Position numbers and translations under genes: made by a program
The notes under the pieces: generated by a model
Databases searched by the model: none
What the model was told of the DNA's origin: nothing
Seen by the model: the letters and a program-made list of their open reading frames with translations, nothing else
From: Octopus vulgaris
Taxonomy: Eukaryota
Direction: 5' to 3'
DNA: 64,000 bases
Assembly: GCA_951406725.2 (NCBI GenBank)
Contig: OX597829.1
Coordinates: forward strand, 3,720,001-3,784,000
Shown here: positions 51,058-64,000 of the stretch, in pieces
Numbering within the stretch: position 1 is the stretch's first letter
How the letters are laid out: each line of letters starts with the position of its first letter

Positions 51058-51179
51058 CAGAAGTGAATTTTGGAAACTGGATCTCTGGGAAGACGATTTC
51101 CGCAGGAGACGCAGATTTGTTAAGAATCCTTATGGTTCTACGCACCCAGAAGCTACATTAAAAGCTGCTATTGAACATG
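51058..51179 (+). CDS. NBEA: Neurobeachin exon ([41 protein letters not shown])
   Basis: ttgcag|C acceptor (tandem alternatives at 51061 and 51064), G|gtatgt donor; phase 2 to 1; conserved FWKLDxWEDDxRRRRRFVxNPxGSTH. Confidence 0.95.
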
Positions 51180-52087
51180 GTATGTAACAAAGAGAGAAAT
51201 TCTCATCATTTTTATCTTTTTATTTGTTTCAGTCATTGGACTGCAGCCATGCTGGGGAAAACAAATCAACTATATATTTTTAAGTCTAGCACCTATTCTA
51301 TCAGTCACTATTGTTGAACCACTAAGTTACAGGGATGTAAAGAAACACATCAGTTGTCAGATGATGGTGGTGGCACACTCCCCACACCCACACATGCATA
51401 TACTTCAAGCTTCTACATTGTTTCTGTCTACTAATTCCACATACAAGGTATTTGGTTAGTCCAGGGCCAAAGTGGTAGACACTTAACCACAAAACCGTGC
51501 CTGATGGAAGGGGATTTATTTAAATACTGAGGTATATCAAAGTGGAGCACACCACACTTGATAACTAGACAATATGACACAAATCTGCTGATTATCCTTT
51601 CCATTAGTGTTCAACATCAAAGGAAAGTTCATTGGGTTGTTTCATAATCTGCAAATCCAAGCATATTCGAAATTGAGTGGAGCTTTAAACCTAGCTTGAA
51701 GTCATAATAAAAAGACAGATGAATGGATTATGTGGTATATCTACAAATGTTTTGTTAACATCATCATATAGGCAGGTATGTATAGACATGCAATATCTAT
51801 AAGGTTATGTAATTTGCTACATTTAAGCTCCCAAAGCTTTCGGTTATACTATAGTGTAGACCGATAAACACTGATATGCCACTTTGTTGAAGAGTATAGC
51901 AGCATTTGAAAATCAAATAACGAACACCACTAGTTTAAAAGTGGAAGTGAGCTAATTGAAATCATAGGGAATTCAATTTAGCTACCCTAGAAATTGACAG
52001 CAGAAAGGAGGAGTGTCAAGTTGTGTGTGTAAATAGTAGGGGAACCTAACAGGATCAGAACAAAGAACAAAAGAATGTGAAAAAAAG

Positions 52088-53800
52088 GGCATGCTTCACC
52101 ACCTCATCCCAGGTCTTCCTGGGTCTACCTCTTCCACATGTTCCTTCAACCACTAGGGTGTGATACCTTTGCACACAGCTATCCTTATCCATTCCCACCA
52201 TATGACCATACCAGTGCAATCGTCTCTGTTGCACACCACATCTGATGCTTCTTAGGTCCAACTTTTCTCTCAAGGTACTTAAACTCTGTTGAGTATGCAC
52301 ACTGACATTACACATCCATCGGAGCATACTGGCTTCATTCCTTGTGAGCTTACACATGTCCTCAGCAGTTACGGCCCATGTTTCACTGCCATGTAACATG
52401 GCTGTTCGTACACATGCATTATACAGTCTACCTTTTACTCTGAGCGAGAGACCTTTTGTCACCAGCAGAGGTTAGAGCTCTCTGAACTTGGCCAGGCTAT
52501 TCTTATTCTAGCAGCTACACCTTCAGAGCACCCTCCCCCACTACTGACTTGGTCACCTCGGTAACGAAAGCTATCAACAACTCCTAGTTTTTCTCCCAGG
52601 AATGTGGCAGAAGTTGTTCTCTGCACATTTTCAGTGTTTATTGCTCCTGATCATCTGCTACATACAAAAATTATCTTCCCTACCTCTACCCGGAATTCTT
52701 CACTGTACTCGTTGCCAACCCTCACCTTACCGACAGCATTTCTGTACATGGCTTGCACAGCTTTCACTAACCATTCATCTATCCCTAGTTTCCTCATTGA
52801 CCACCAGTTAAGGGATCAGGGACCCTGTCAAAGGCTTTCTCCATGTCAACGAAAGCCAGGTACAGAGGTCTATCTTTGGCTAGGTATTTCTTCTGCAGTT
52901 GTCTTACCAGAAATATAGCATCAGTGGTGCTTTTCCCTGGCACGAACCCAAACTGCATCTCATCTAAACTGACTCTCTCCCTAATTAGTTGGGCTATGAC
53001 CCTCTCCGTGACCTTCATTACCTGATCCAACAACTTGATACCTCTGTAATTATTTGTATCTAAAGCATCACCTTTACCTTTGTAGCAGTTGACTATGGTG
53101 CTGCTACACAAGTCATTGGGTATGACTCCTTCGTGTATTACCTGCTTAAATATATAGGTGACTAGGCTATAGCCGACACCGCCAGATATTTCGAGCATCT
53201 CTGCGGTGATTCCTGATGGAGCGGGGGCTTTCCCTGTCTTCATACTCTTAATTGCTTTATCTACCAAAGTACTGTCAATTTGGATAGCTGGTCCCTCTGT
53301 TGGGTTGGCATTTGGCAGACTTTCTTTCTCCCATTCATTCTCTGTATTGAGCAACCTTTCTTAGTGGCGTCTCCACACCTCTCTCTTTGCAGCCTCATCT
53401 AGTGCAAGTGAGCCATCATCCATGTGGACACATTTCTCTCCTATGACATCATGATTCTCTCTCACACACTGTCTTGCAACACAAAATACCTCACATCTTT
53501 AGTCCTCATGGCGCAGAACATGCAAATTTTTTCTTATCTGCTTCCCCTCTGGCTAAATAAACCTGTCTCCTAGCTTCCCTTTTGGCAGTCTGATACAATT
53601 CCCTGCTACCACCGTTCTTCCAGTCCTTCCAAGCCTGTTTCTTTTCTCTGATAGCCCTATCAACAACACTGTTCCACCACCACGTTACCTTGTGTCGAGA
53701 GGAGACTTTGCACCATCCACAGATCTAGTCATTGGCCCTCAGCAGGTTGTCCCGAGAAACCTCCAGTTGCCTTCCACATCATGTGATGCTATATCCCCTA
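52088..53800 (-). mobile_element. RTE LINE reverse transcriptase pseudogene fragment (frameshifted and internally deleted)
   Basis: ORFs 52794..53354 (GKAP.PSGITAEML, YKGKGD...NYRGIKLL, QFGFVPGKSTTDAIF, AFVDMEKAFDRVP) and 52055..52462 (LHGSETW, RRLHWYGHM, GRGRPRKTW). Confidence 0.92.
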
Positions 53801-56238
53801 ATCCAAATAGTCATGTCTAAATTAGGTAGAGTGGTGTAAAGATTAAAATGTTTTATACTGTTATTTGGGAAATTATACAAATACAAAAAGGGTTTTGTTT
53901 AAAGTTTGAAACTATTCTGATTATATTTTAACATTTAATTTTACCTTTGTATTTGATATAGTTTGAACAATAAATAATTATAGTCCCAAACTGTTTAAAC
54001 TATGATTTAAAATTAATGATAACAGTAAGGTTTTATGGTATATAACTTATAGTTAGAGCAAGTATGTTCCTAACATGCCAAGAATCCTTTGTAGAGTGGG
54101 TTTAAAACGTAGAAACGTTTGGATAGAGGTAGGCATTTAATTCTCAATTCAATTTATTTATGAATAATGTTACTCTAGCACTTCAAGATTTCAAACAATT
54201 CTATACAACAGAGATTGCAATCATATTTATTGCTTAGATAAAACTTAGCATGTTTCATGTTAAATATAACTACGTATTATTTTCTTTTCATTCCCAGATT
54301 TTTATGGCAAGAGAAATTGATTTTGTTTTATCTCTCCTTTGAAATGTATGGAGCTGGTTAAGTAAAATATATATGATGGCTTCTGCACAGTTTCCATCTT
54401 CCAAATTCACTCACAAATCACTGGCACTGTATGAGGTACGATGATGAAGGTCCCAGTTGATCCAATCAATGGAACAGCCTACTTGTGAAATTAATGTGCA
54501 AGTGGCTGAGCACTCCACAGACACATGTACTGTAAATGTAAATCTTAGAGAGATTCAGCCTGACACAGAATGTGACAAGGCTGTCCCTTCGAAATACAGG
54601 TACTTTTTTTTCCAGTTGTGTAGACTGGCGCAATGTGAAATAGAGTGTCTTGCTCAAGGACAAAATACACTTCTGGGAATCAAACGCATGATTTTACAAT
54701 TGTGAACCAAATATCCTAATCACTAAGCTATTTGCCTTCACATGAGTGCTCTTACTCACAAGGTACTGGTTAGTTCAGGGTTATAGTCGAATGCACCTAC
54801 TTAAGGTGCCTTGTAGTAAGACTGAATCTGAAACTATGCAGTTGCCAAGCAAGCTTCTTAGATCATGCAGCCAAACTTGTGCCTTTTTTGTAATATTTTT
54901 GTTCTTGTTTTTGTTGCTGCTTCATTTCTGCAAGTTTTAATTGAAAAGGTGGTCAACCATGGTGATTTAACTTCTGGATTGTGTAACTGGTCTTAGGAAG
55001 GCATCGAAACCATAGAAACTACATCCAAAAATGGACCTTAAATGACTTAGTTGCAAGTATTTAAGACCCATCTAGTGGGGAAGTAACTGCAACGAAGAAT
55101 GCTCTATGACAAACCATTTAAGCCATGCTAGCAAGGAAAGTGAACATAAAATGATGTTGATAATGATGATGATATGCACAAGCATCTTCACATTATTAAT
55201 GTGTGTGTGTGTGTGTGTGTGTTGTATCATCTTTGCTTTAGCATTTGAATTTCCATGCTTGTTATGGATCAGATGAAAATATGTTAGCACAAAGCTTTCT
55301 ACAACTAGATGCCTCCTTTCTCATACAAACCATTACCTGTTTCTAAACCAACTTATTACCTGTTTCTCAAACAACAAACAGCTTGGACATTCAGCAAACA
55401 CATGTTGAAATAAGGGAAAATAGGAATTCACCCACACAAACATCTCCACATGCTCTTATATACATACATATATATAGTAATAATAATGATAATCCTTGAA
55501 TGGAATTTATAAACATTTAAATGCATTGCTACACGTGTTTCCACCAATCGCTTGTCTCTTAAGTTCATCATCGTTTAGTGTCTGCTTTCCATGCTAGCAT
55601 GGGTTGGACGGTTCAACTGGGGTCTGGGAAGCCAGAAGGCTGCACCAGGCCCAGTCTGATCTGGCAATGTTTCTGCGGCTGGATGCCCTTCCTAACGCCA
55701 ACCACTCCGTGAGTGTAGTGGTTGTTTTTTACGTGCCACCGGCACAGGTGCCAGACGAGGCTGGCAAACGGTCACGATTGGATGGTGCTTTTTACGTGCC
55801 ACTGGCATGGAGGCTAGTCAGGGCGGCACTGGCTACTGCCACGTTCGGATGGTTCTATTGTGTGCCACTGGCATGGAAGCCAGTCGGGGCGGCGCTGGCA
55901 ACGACCACGTTTGGATGGTTCTCTTATGTGCCACCGGCACTGGTATCACAGCTACAATTTCCATTGATGTTGATCGATTTCGATTTTGATTTTTTAAGAT
56001 CACAGTCCTTATTCCTGGGATGATTATAGTATAGCCCGTAGTATCCATAGGCATCAGGTTGATCATCTTCATGCATCCATTTCTTCAGGTGATATAACAT
56101 TAATGGATGTTTAACAGAGGGATGTTTATCCCTATCGACCAGTGTTGAAGGTTGATTGAGACATGGTGATAATTGTAATTAATTTTTGTTGTTTTAATGA
56201 TGTTAGAACTAATTAATTTTCTACTTCCTTTTGTTTAG

Positions 56239-56382
56239 GTGCAACAGAAGATGCAATTAATCAGGCGTGGGAGGCTTTCCATGCACATTTGGCAAATGCC
56301 AAGAGGGGCCAGCAGCAACCTCCAGACTATACTGATGAAGAACTACTAATGGAAGAGCGAGATTTTGAACAAGAATTCTCTG
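56239..56382 (+). CDS. NBEA: Neurobeachin exon (GATEDAINQAWEAFHAHLANAKRGQQQPPDYTDEELLMEERDFEQEFS)
   Basis: gtttag|GT acceptor, G|gtaagc donor; 144 nt, phase 1 to 1. Confidence 0.92.
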
Positions 56383-57247
56383 GTAAGCTATTTTATTTTT
56401 TCTTTATTTTTCTTTATTTTTTTTTTTTTTGCAAGTCCCAAACATGGCAAAATGCTACATACTGTAAAAGGACTGTGAAGAAGAAATTAAGATAAAAGGA
56501 ATGAATTTACTTTTAGTCTTGAAAGAATTTGGGTTGAAAGAAGTGGGGAAAACAATGAAATAGAAGAGAGTTCCAAAGCCTGGAAGTTTGAGATAAAAAA
56601 AAAAAAAGCTATGACTAGAAAGACTTCCTTATTTGTGGAAACACCACCAGTCCAGTTGTGGTAGTTTTTGTAAGAGAGTTCAAATTAGATTGAGCCTTGA
56701 ATTCCATGGGCTCTGGGAAGGTAAAGATGATCCACACCTGTCTTTGTGTGGTACATCTTATTATAACTCAGCAGCTTGCATATTTTATGTCCAGTTCAAC
56801 ACATTGTAGCTATAAGTAGAAATAATAATAATAATTATTATTAAGATCACTGCCTGGAATCAAACTCGGAATCTTGAGGTTAGTAACCCGCGAATTAACC
56901 ACTAAACCATATGCCCGGGTTCAGTTCCAGGCAGTGAACAACAACATCAAAAAATCGACTATCCTTCTCCCCAAAATTTCAGGCCTTATCCTATAGTAGA
57001 AAAGATTATTATTATTATTATTATTATCATTAAGTTTGTGAGCTGGGAGAATTGTTAGCACATTGCACAAAATGCTTAGCAGCATTTCTTTCCACTCTTT
57101 ACTTGCTAAATTCCAGTCTCATCTAGGTTGATGTTTTCTCTCCTCCTTAACTGGGGGTTGATATAATCAACTAACTCCCTCCTATTAAAGATTGTTGGCC
57201 TTGTGCCAAAAATTGAAAACTGTTATAATTGGATAAAAATAAAATGA

Positions 57248-57707
57248 GGATCTTTTTGCTTTGACCAGCAGAATTTTAAAATAATTTCTGGCGGTGTCAT
57301 GAAAATGCCACCCATAATTATGACCCTAGTATCGATCTATTGCATTTCAATCTGTTTTAGGGTTAGGGTTAGAGTTAGGGTTAGGGTTGGGGGGAAGGGT
57401 AGCTTTTCTCTTCAGAAATGTAAATAAAGCCAATCTGTTTCTTAAATGAGGGACATTTTCATATGACACCGCCAGAAAATTTTTACGGCAGAGAATGCTT
57501 TTTAGCTCAATAGACGTCATTGATTGGTTGAAATTGCTGAAATTGAAGAAAAGAAAAACAACAAATATCTTACAAACTATAGAATTTTTTCAATAAAGCC
57601 AAGAGAAAAGATGTTTTATAAACACATTCTACCAGTATACGAAGTTTAAAAGTGTTTAGTTACATGGAAATTATTTTAAAAATCTGCCGGTCAAAGCGAA
57701 AAGATCC
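57248..57707 (-). mobile_element. MITE family A, copy 3 (variant, reverse orientation)
   Basis: TIRs ggatctttttgctttgacc / ggtcaaagcgaaaagatcc; internal (TTAGGG)n near 57357-57389; degenerate TSD taaaatga/cagaatga. Confidence 0.85.
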
Positions 57708-57749
57708 CAGAATGATTCTACACCTTACTGTTTTTGTTTGTTTTTTTAG

Positions 57750-57886
57750 GTCCAGTGGCCTTGTCAACATCATGTAAGCTGATCTCTTTGGGACTAGCTG
57801 TCGCTGGGACAATGTCAATTACAAAAACTGATCTTTACTTTGAAATGGATGAAGAGGATAAAGAGAATAAGAAAATATCACCACAG
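57750..57886 (+). CDS. NBEA: Neurobeachin exon, start of the BEACH-associated PH domain (GPVALSTSCKLISLGLAVAGTMSITKTDLYFEMDEEDKENKKISPQ)
   Basis: ttttag|GT acceptor, CAG|gtcagt donor; phase 1 to 0; GPVxLST...GTxSIT...YFExDE matches the NBEA/LRBA PH start. I found no following exon in the window. Confidence 0.94.
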
Positions 57887-59670
57887 GTCAGTGAAAGAAT
57901 ATTTACCTCATTTATTTAATCATATATTTTATACATTCTCAGCTTGTTTACCTGCATTTCGTCAGCTGCACCTCCACCTTTTTTCCATCTCTCACTACAT
58001 TCACCTCCACCCCCAGCTGATACTCTCCTCTGACATGCTCATTAAATTACCCCACCCTCTTTCTCTTCACCCAATCCACTGTCTGTATCCTCTTTTATAC
58101 TCAGTTTCCTATATCTTGAGATGCTCTGGCATCCCATCACCAGTATCTCCATCTTTTCTCCACCTACACCTGTACTTGTATAATACGAGGTAGCTGTCTA
58201 TCTCTTCCACAACAACACACCTGGGCTTGTCTCTTTATCATACCCTAGTCTCTCAATACCCAATAAAATGCCACATTGCCCTTTCTCAAATACTGCATCC
58301 TCCACTCACTCAAGGTGGATTCTTCCTTCTCTCATCTTACAAGTTACCTGGTGATCTCACTAGTGCCAGAGGCACAAAAAAAACTTTAAAAAAAAACAAA
58401 AAACAAAAAAACAAGCACCCTGTACACTCTGTAAAGTGATTGCCAAAACAGACATTGGGGCTCAATACAGTCCTGTGGATCATCCTATCAAATCATGCAA
58501 CCCATGGAAAACATAGTAGACGATGCTGCAGATGATATTTTTTTCCACCATTCACTACACCCTCCCCTCAAACCTGATCCAATCTCTACAGTTGCCACCT
58601 ACTTCTCCCGTGTTTATCATCCATTCAAATACTTGTTCTTCATTCATTATATTTCTTCCTTCACCCTCTCCCCACCACTCACTATCTTTTATAATCTTGT
58701 AAACTCTATCCTCCAAGACAGCCTGTCCCCATTCATCTCTACACATGTTCTTTCCTACTCTAGGCACAAGGCCCGAAATTTTGGGGGTGGGGAGGGACAG
58801 TCAATTAAATTAACCCCAATATCAAACTGGTACTTAATTTATTGACCCCGAAAGAATGAAAGGCAAAATTGACCTTGGCAGAATTTTGGGGATTTTTCAA
58901 ATTTGTTTCTCAACACACCTTTGCAAATGATGGGAACAAGGTTTTTATGAAAAAAAATGTTTTGAAAATTTATGCCCCCCCCCCCCTCTCCTTCCAGACT
59001 GATTTCATCCCAATTTTTTTTTTTGCCCTATGCACTTCTTGATGAAAAAAAACTTTTTTGAAAACTTATGAAACCTCTCTCTTGCTTTTGATTCTGGCCT
59101 ATAATTTTTTTGCACTGCACACTTAAAATGAAGGTTAAAAAAAAATTTGTAAATTGATGATCATTTTAGTCCCTACTTCTTTTATTTTCAAACAAACTTT
59201 TCAATTTTTTCATTACCCCTCCTAAATCCTAAACTTTCAGCATTTTTGAGAAATTTTTTAAAATCAGTTTTAAAATATGAACAGTCCAAATTTACCAGTT
59301 TGTTTCTGTTTATAATTTCAAAATAATTTTCAGACGAGAAGGTGATTTAAGGGCGATTTAACTGTTATTTTTAGTGCATCCCACGACCACTTGTTACCTT
59401 CCTCGTTTCTGTCAGTTTGACATTTATTGATGTTTTACAAAATATTTCTTCCCATAAACACATTTTATGGAGCGATGATGCAGTGTGCATTGCTAGATAT
59501 AAGCAAGAACACCTAAAAAAAATTCGTTTAAATCTTTAATCCCCACCCCGCATCAAACGAGTCCATGTGTGATTGTTTGTGTATAAAGGAAAACATTTAC
59601 TAACAGAAAAGTATGCTGTTAAAGTAAATTATCTTTTATATACCTTTTTAAAATCACTGTTATCCATCCT

Positions 59671-60097
59671 GGATCTTTTTGGTTTGAACGGCAGTTTTTT
59701 CTAGCGGTGTCATATGAAATTATCACCCATAATTATGACCCTAGTAGCGATCTATTGCATTTCAATCTCTTTTAGGATTAGGGTTATGGGTGGGGGTGGG
59801 GGAAGGGTATCTTTTTTTTTCTTCACAAATGTAAATAAGCCCAATCTGTTTCTTAAACGAGGGACATATTCATACGGCACAGAATGCTTTTTAGCTCAAT
59901 AGACGTCACTGATTGGTTGAAATTGCAGAAATTGAAGAAAAGAAAAACGAGAAATATCTTATAAACTATAGAATTTTCTCAATAAAGCCAAGAGAAAAAG
60001 ATGTTTTATAAACACATTCTACTAGTATACGAAGTTTAAAAGTGTTTAGTTACGTGGAAATCATTTTTAAAAACTGCCGTTCAAACCGAAAAGATCC
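59671..60097 (-). mobile_element. MITE family A, copy 4 (reverse orientation)
   Basis: Reverse complement of copy 1 over its full length; no TSD detected. Confidence 0.85.
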
Positions 60098-60582
60098 CGA
60101 GTTTGTAATTCATTTATTCCAGAAAAATGTTGGTGAAATGTTACATAGGTGTAAAGTTGGAATACTTTTACCCAATCAGGAAACAAAATGTTTGTATGCG
60201 CTAGCTGTGATAAAAGGAAAATAAACGTTAGAAGACTAGGTGTTAAACAAAATGAAAGCAATATGTGAGAGTTAATACGTACACAAAGATAGTATCAGAG
60301 GGTATGGTAAATAAACAGAGAGAGATAGTTTGATGATAATAGATTGAGAGTGGGAAATTTGTCGATCTAAAAGTTGAGTTATTTCTCGTGACAAATTCTT
60401 TCTTTTTTTTTTTTAATTTACAAATGCCATTGTCTGTGGGACTCAGAATTCTAAAATCAAATTTGCTTTTCTCGAGGACTTAACATTTCAGAGCCTTTTG
60501 GGACTAAACTACATAACATGTATTCGCATTTATATAGTAGACATACATGCAAGCATGCATATATACACATACATTACATACA

Positions 60583-60854
60583 CTAGCGGGAAGGCTGCCT
60601 CCCGGGCGGTTTTCTGCTGGTCACTCGATAATATTTCCACATTTGATTCCTAATTCTAATCATTTTATGATATTTTACGTCCAGTTATTTCTTTGTATAA
60701 TAGTGCTCACTTACTTAATAGACATTGCTTTCATTATTTTTATCAGTCATAATCTATCTTTTTTAAAGAGTCAATCTGTTATACATATTTATCATTAATA
60801 ATTGGTAGAACTTACATTGGTGTGCATAGATAGATAGATGTGTGGATGGACACT

Positions 60855-60885
<31 letters not shown>

Positions 60886-62124
60886 ACACACATAAAAGTC
60901 TGGTGCTGTGAGAACACATGGGAATGGCGTTTCCTTACTTTTTCAAATATACCCAAATTTAAAATGATCTAATATAACGATATCCTTCATTCGGCATGTG
61001 TTGAAATATGCCGAAACAATTTAATTCCACACAAATATAAGTTACTTTACATAGAATTTATGTGTCAATTCTATTTACTGAAACCTGCTAAAAAGCATAT
61101 TTTGCTTTAAAGTAGTACTGTTTCCATTTCTCTCAGCCAATATTTTTACATTAGCTGACCATGTGAGAAGAATTGTGTCGGAAGATATATTCCAATTTGT
61201 TCAAAAGTCTGTCCCTGTGCTTTGTTCCACGTCAAGGCAAAAGCAGGCTTCACAGGAAATTGTTTGTGTGTAAATGTAAATTCCATTTTTTGTGATACAT
61301 GTGGTATTCTTGGGATTAGCAGAGTTGATCCTGCATAAGGACCAGAAGCAGCCTCAGCCTCAGTATCGTGCTCATGTAAACTGACGATGGTGTAGCGTGT
61401 GCCATTGCAATGTCCATTTGTAGCATCTAAACTTCTCAGAAGCATTATGCATCGTTTTTTTCTTCAGTTTGAGAATATGTGATGGAAACCCTGATGGTGT
61501 AAGTTTGTTGATGAACTCGACTGGGTACAGAGTTTCATTATCAACTGTATCTGAGCTTCTGTATATTTTTAGCTCACCAGGGATCCTGGTCAATAGAAAA
61601 TCATTCACAAATTGTGCTGCTTCATTTGGTGGAGTAACGCTGGTTCTATTTGCAAACCACACAGGGTTTGTGAAGTTATTTTTGAGGCCAGTCTATACAA
61701 AACCACATAGATCTGAAAGAGTACCATTTTCATGGATAGTTTGATTTTAATTTCACCTAGGCTTTGTTCAACGAAAATGTTACCGTTTCCTACATCAAGA
61801 AACTAATTAGTAAACTCTCTTTCATCAGAACGATCTTCTGTAAGAAGTCTTTGATTGGTTGTCAACTCCACTACTTTCTACATGATCGCAAAGAAAAGAT
61901 CTCTTTAGCGTTGCATCAACAATTTATGATCTGACACCATTATTTTGAAGTAGAATATTCTCCTCTCGAGATACCCGAACCAGTCGGTCATGTGTAGCGG
62001 AAACAGAATCATATCCACGTCTCCGTGCATATCCAGTCGTTTTGCCCTGGTTTCCTCTGATTCAGTTGGCCATCTTTCTCTCTGCTGTTGTGCCTTGGCT
62101 GCTAACTTTTTTTTTTCAGTCACA
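60583..62124 (-). mobile_element. Internally deleted Helitron with a PIF1-type helicase pseudogene
   Basis: ORFs 61372..61662 and 61146..61445 (LYPVEFINKLTPSGFPSHILKLK / MLLRSLDATNGHCNGTR, LIPRI, QFPVKPAFALTWNKAQGQT, FSHGQL); 3' hairpin ccgcccgggaggcag and CTAG|T at 60583. Confidence 0.88.
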
Positions 62125-62898
62125 TCTCTCTCTATATAAACGGCAGTTTGTCTGTCTGTGTGTCTGTCAGGTTGTATCCTGACCCTGACTTTCAACCGAT
62201 TCTGATGAAACTTGATACACACATAGCCCAATGTCATAATTCAAAACTAACGCAGCGAAAATTTTGAAAAGTTCCCCCAGTTCTGAAAAAATCGATAAAT
62301 TCCACATGGGGTCGAGAATCTAAGCTTTTTATATGCAACACATTTTCTGTTGTAGTTTTCGCAACTTGCAATCGATTTTCACCAAACTCATGGTGAAGCT
62401 TAATGTTACCCTAAGAAACTTAATTCTGACGTTAGTTTTCCATGCAATACCTTACCATCAGACAAAATCGATAAAATCATGCCATTTTGGGAAATCGCGT
62501 TCAAATTCAAGATGACATATTTTCGACAATATCTTTCACAAATTGGCAGGAATTTTTTTTAAAATTCACAGCGAGCATCTAGTTTGGTCCAAGGAGCTAT
62601 ATGACCCTTTTTATTTCAATATGATACTTTATTACTGGAAAAAATCGGTTAATTAAATCATATGTGGCACACATAGCAAACCGATTTGTGTATTAAACAC
62701 AAACCACAGACTGTCTAGGGGATGCAATTGGTTCGGTTGAATTATCGATAGCTGTTTGATAGTTATTTGGGAGTGAAGAGAAGACATTGCAACCTACACA
62801 TGCGCCTTCGTTCCCTAGAGGGAAAGGACTAGATTGGGATTAGTCGTGGCCTACTAGGGGTTCTTACATACCCGGGCAACGCTGGGCTATGCTGCTTG
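62125..62898 (+). mobile_element. Non-autonomous Helitron, longer variant of the same family
   Basis: A|TCTCTCTCTATATAAACGGCAG start shared with 31417-31792; hairpin cccgggcaacgctggg, then CTTG|T end (degenerate CTAG). Confidence 0.8.
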
Positions 62899-63583
62899 TA
62901 TTATATATAAATGAAAGCTCGTTAGAAACTGTCTTGTTTAGCATGCTAGAAATAGCAACGATCACCTAGTTATTATTGTAAGGCTTATAGCGTCCCAAGT
63001 AACCATACCAACAAATCACTTCTTCATCAAAAAAAAAAAAAAATGCCGTTATATTAAAGAATTTTCATCTTATCAAAAATATTCATTCAACAAACTCGGG
63101 AAACTGATAATTTTCTTGAAATTGTGCCTCGTATAAAAGTTATACAGCTATTTTGTGTAAATATGAAATAAAAAAAAAAATCGTATAAGTGAATGCTCGT
63201 TAAAAATTATCTTGTTGATCGTGCGGATCTAGTCTTTCTCATTTGCAGAATGAGTCCCTCCCCCCTAATTTTGCTCAGATTGCTTTTAATTTTGGAGTAT
63301 CGATGCAACTCCGAATTTTAATTTCGACCAACCAATTACTTTATCTTGTAGATTAAAGAATCTGTTGTTATTTGGAATTAAAGTTGGGAAATTTGGGTTA
63401 TTTTAACCAATCAACAGACAGCGTGGCATTAGCAGTTTGTTACCATAACAACCACATGCTGTGTTCTGCTTCACCCGTATGCTGTGCCGATGTTTATGTT
63501 GATTTTTCACACTTAGTATTTTTACACATTTTTCATTTCATATTTTTTGGGAGCTCATTGATTCAGGTAGCAGGATTTATGAT

Positions 63584-63615
<32 letters not shown>

Positions 63616-64000
63616 TTAGCGTCCGTTTTCCATGCTAGCATGGGTTGGACGGTTCTGCTGGGGTCTGTGAAGCCAGAAGGCTTCATCAGGCCCAGTCAAA
63701 TCTGGCAGTGTTTCTACGGCTGGATGCCCTTCCTAACGCCAACCACTCCGTGAGTGTAGTGGGTGCTTTTTACGTGCCACCCGCACTGGTGCCAGCCAGA
63801 GCTGGCAAACGGCCACGAACGGATGGTGTTTTTTTATGTGCCACCGGCACGAGGGCCAGGCGAGGCTGGCAACGAACACGAAACGGGGCGGTGCTGGCAA
63901 CGGTCGCGAAACGGAAGGTTCTCTTACATGCCACCGGCACTGGTAACACATCTGCAATTTCCATTGATCGATTTCCATTGATCGATTTCGATTCTGATCC

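Noticed and set aside
57357-57389. Telomere or chromosome-fusion relic
   Set aside because: The tract is internal to a MITE and occurs at the same position in the other copies.
61146-61662. Host PIF1 helicase gene nested in the intron
   Set aside because: It is frameshifted, truncated, intronless and bounded by a Helitron 3' hairpin and CTAG.
63352-63638. Next neurobeachin PH exon
   Set aside because: The phase-0 frame after cttgtag stops within 10 codons, and no frame resembles the expected continuation of the PH domain.

Overview
This window is AT-rich, intron-rich eukaryotic DNA. From my recollection of its repeat families it is most likely an octopus or other cephalopod (inference, not searched). 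All 64 kb lie inside one plus-strand gene, a neurobeachin/LRBA/rugose-family BEACH protein. Fourteen well-supported exons plus one candidate cassette exon (20630-21088) splice in frame with GT-AG boundaries. They run from the central acidic region through DUF1088 to the start of the PH domain; the 5' exons and the BEACH/WD40 exons lie outside the window. The introns are packed with tRNA-derived SINEs, RTE and CR1 LINE fragments, mariner and Helitron remnants, MITEs (8-bp-TSD Merlin-like, piggyBac-like, pogo-like), Penelope-like fragments in TA microsatellites and two kb-scale minisatellites. The most notable observations are hammerhead-ribozyme motifs in the Penelope-like fragments, a cluster of phase-1 cassette and candidate poison exons in the variable region, a novel TxxGxxIY repeat in a 2.4-kb exon, minisatellites born from transposon motifs, and several fold-back hairpins. 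There are no prokaryotic features or CRISPR arrays. All family assignments come from motif recognition by eye, without database searches.
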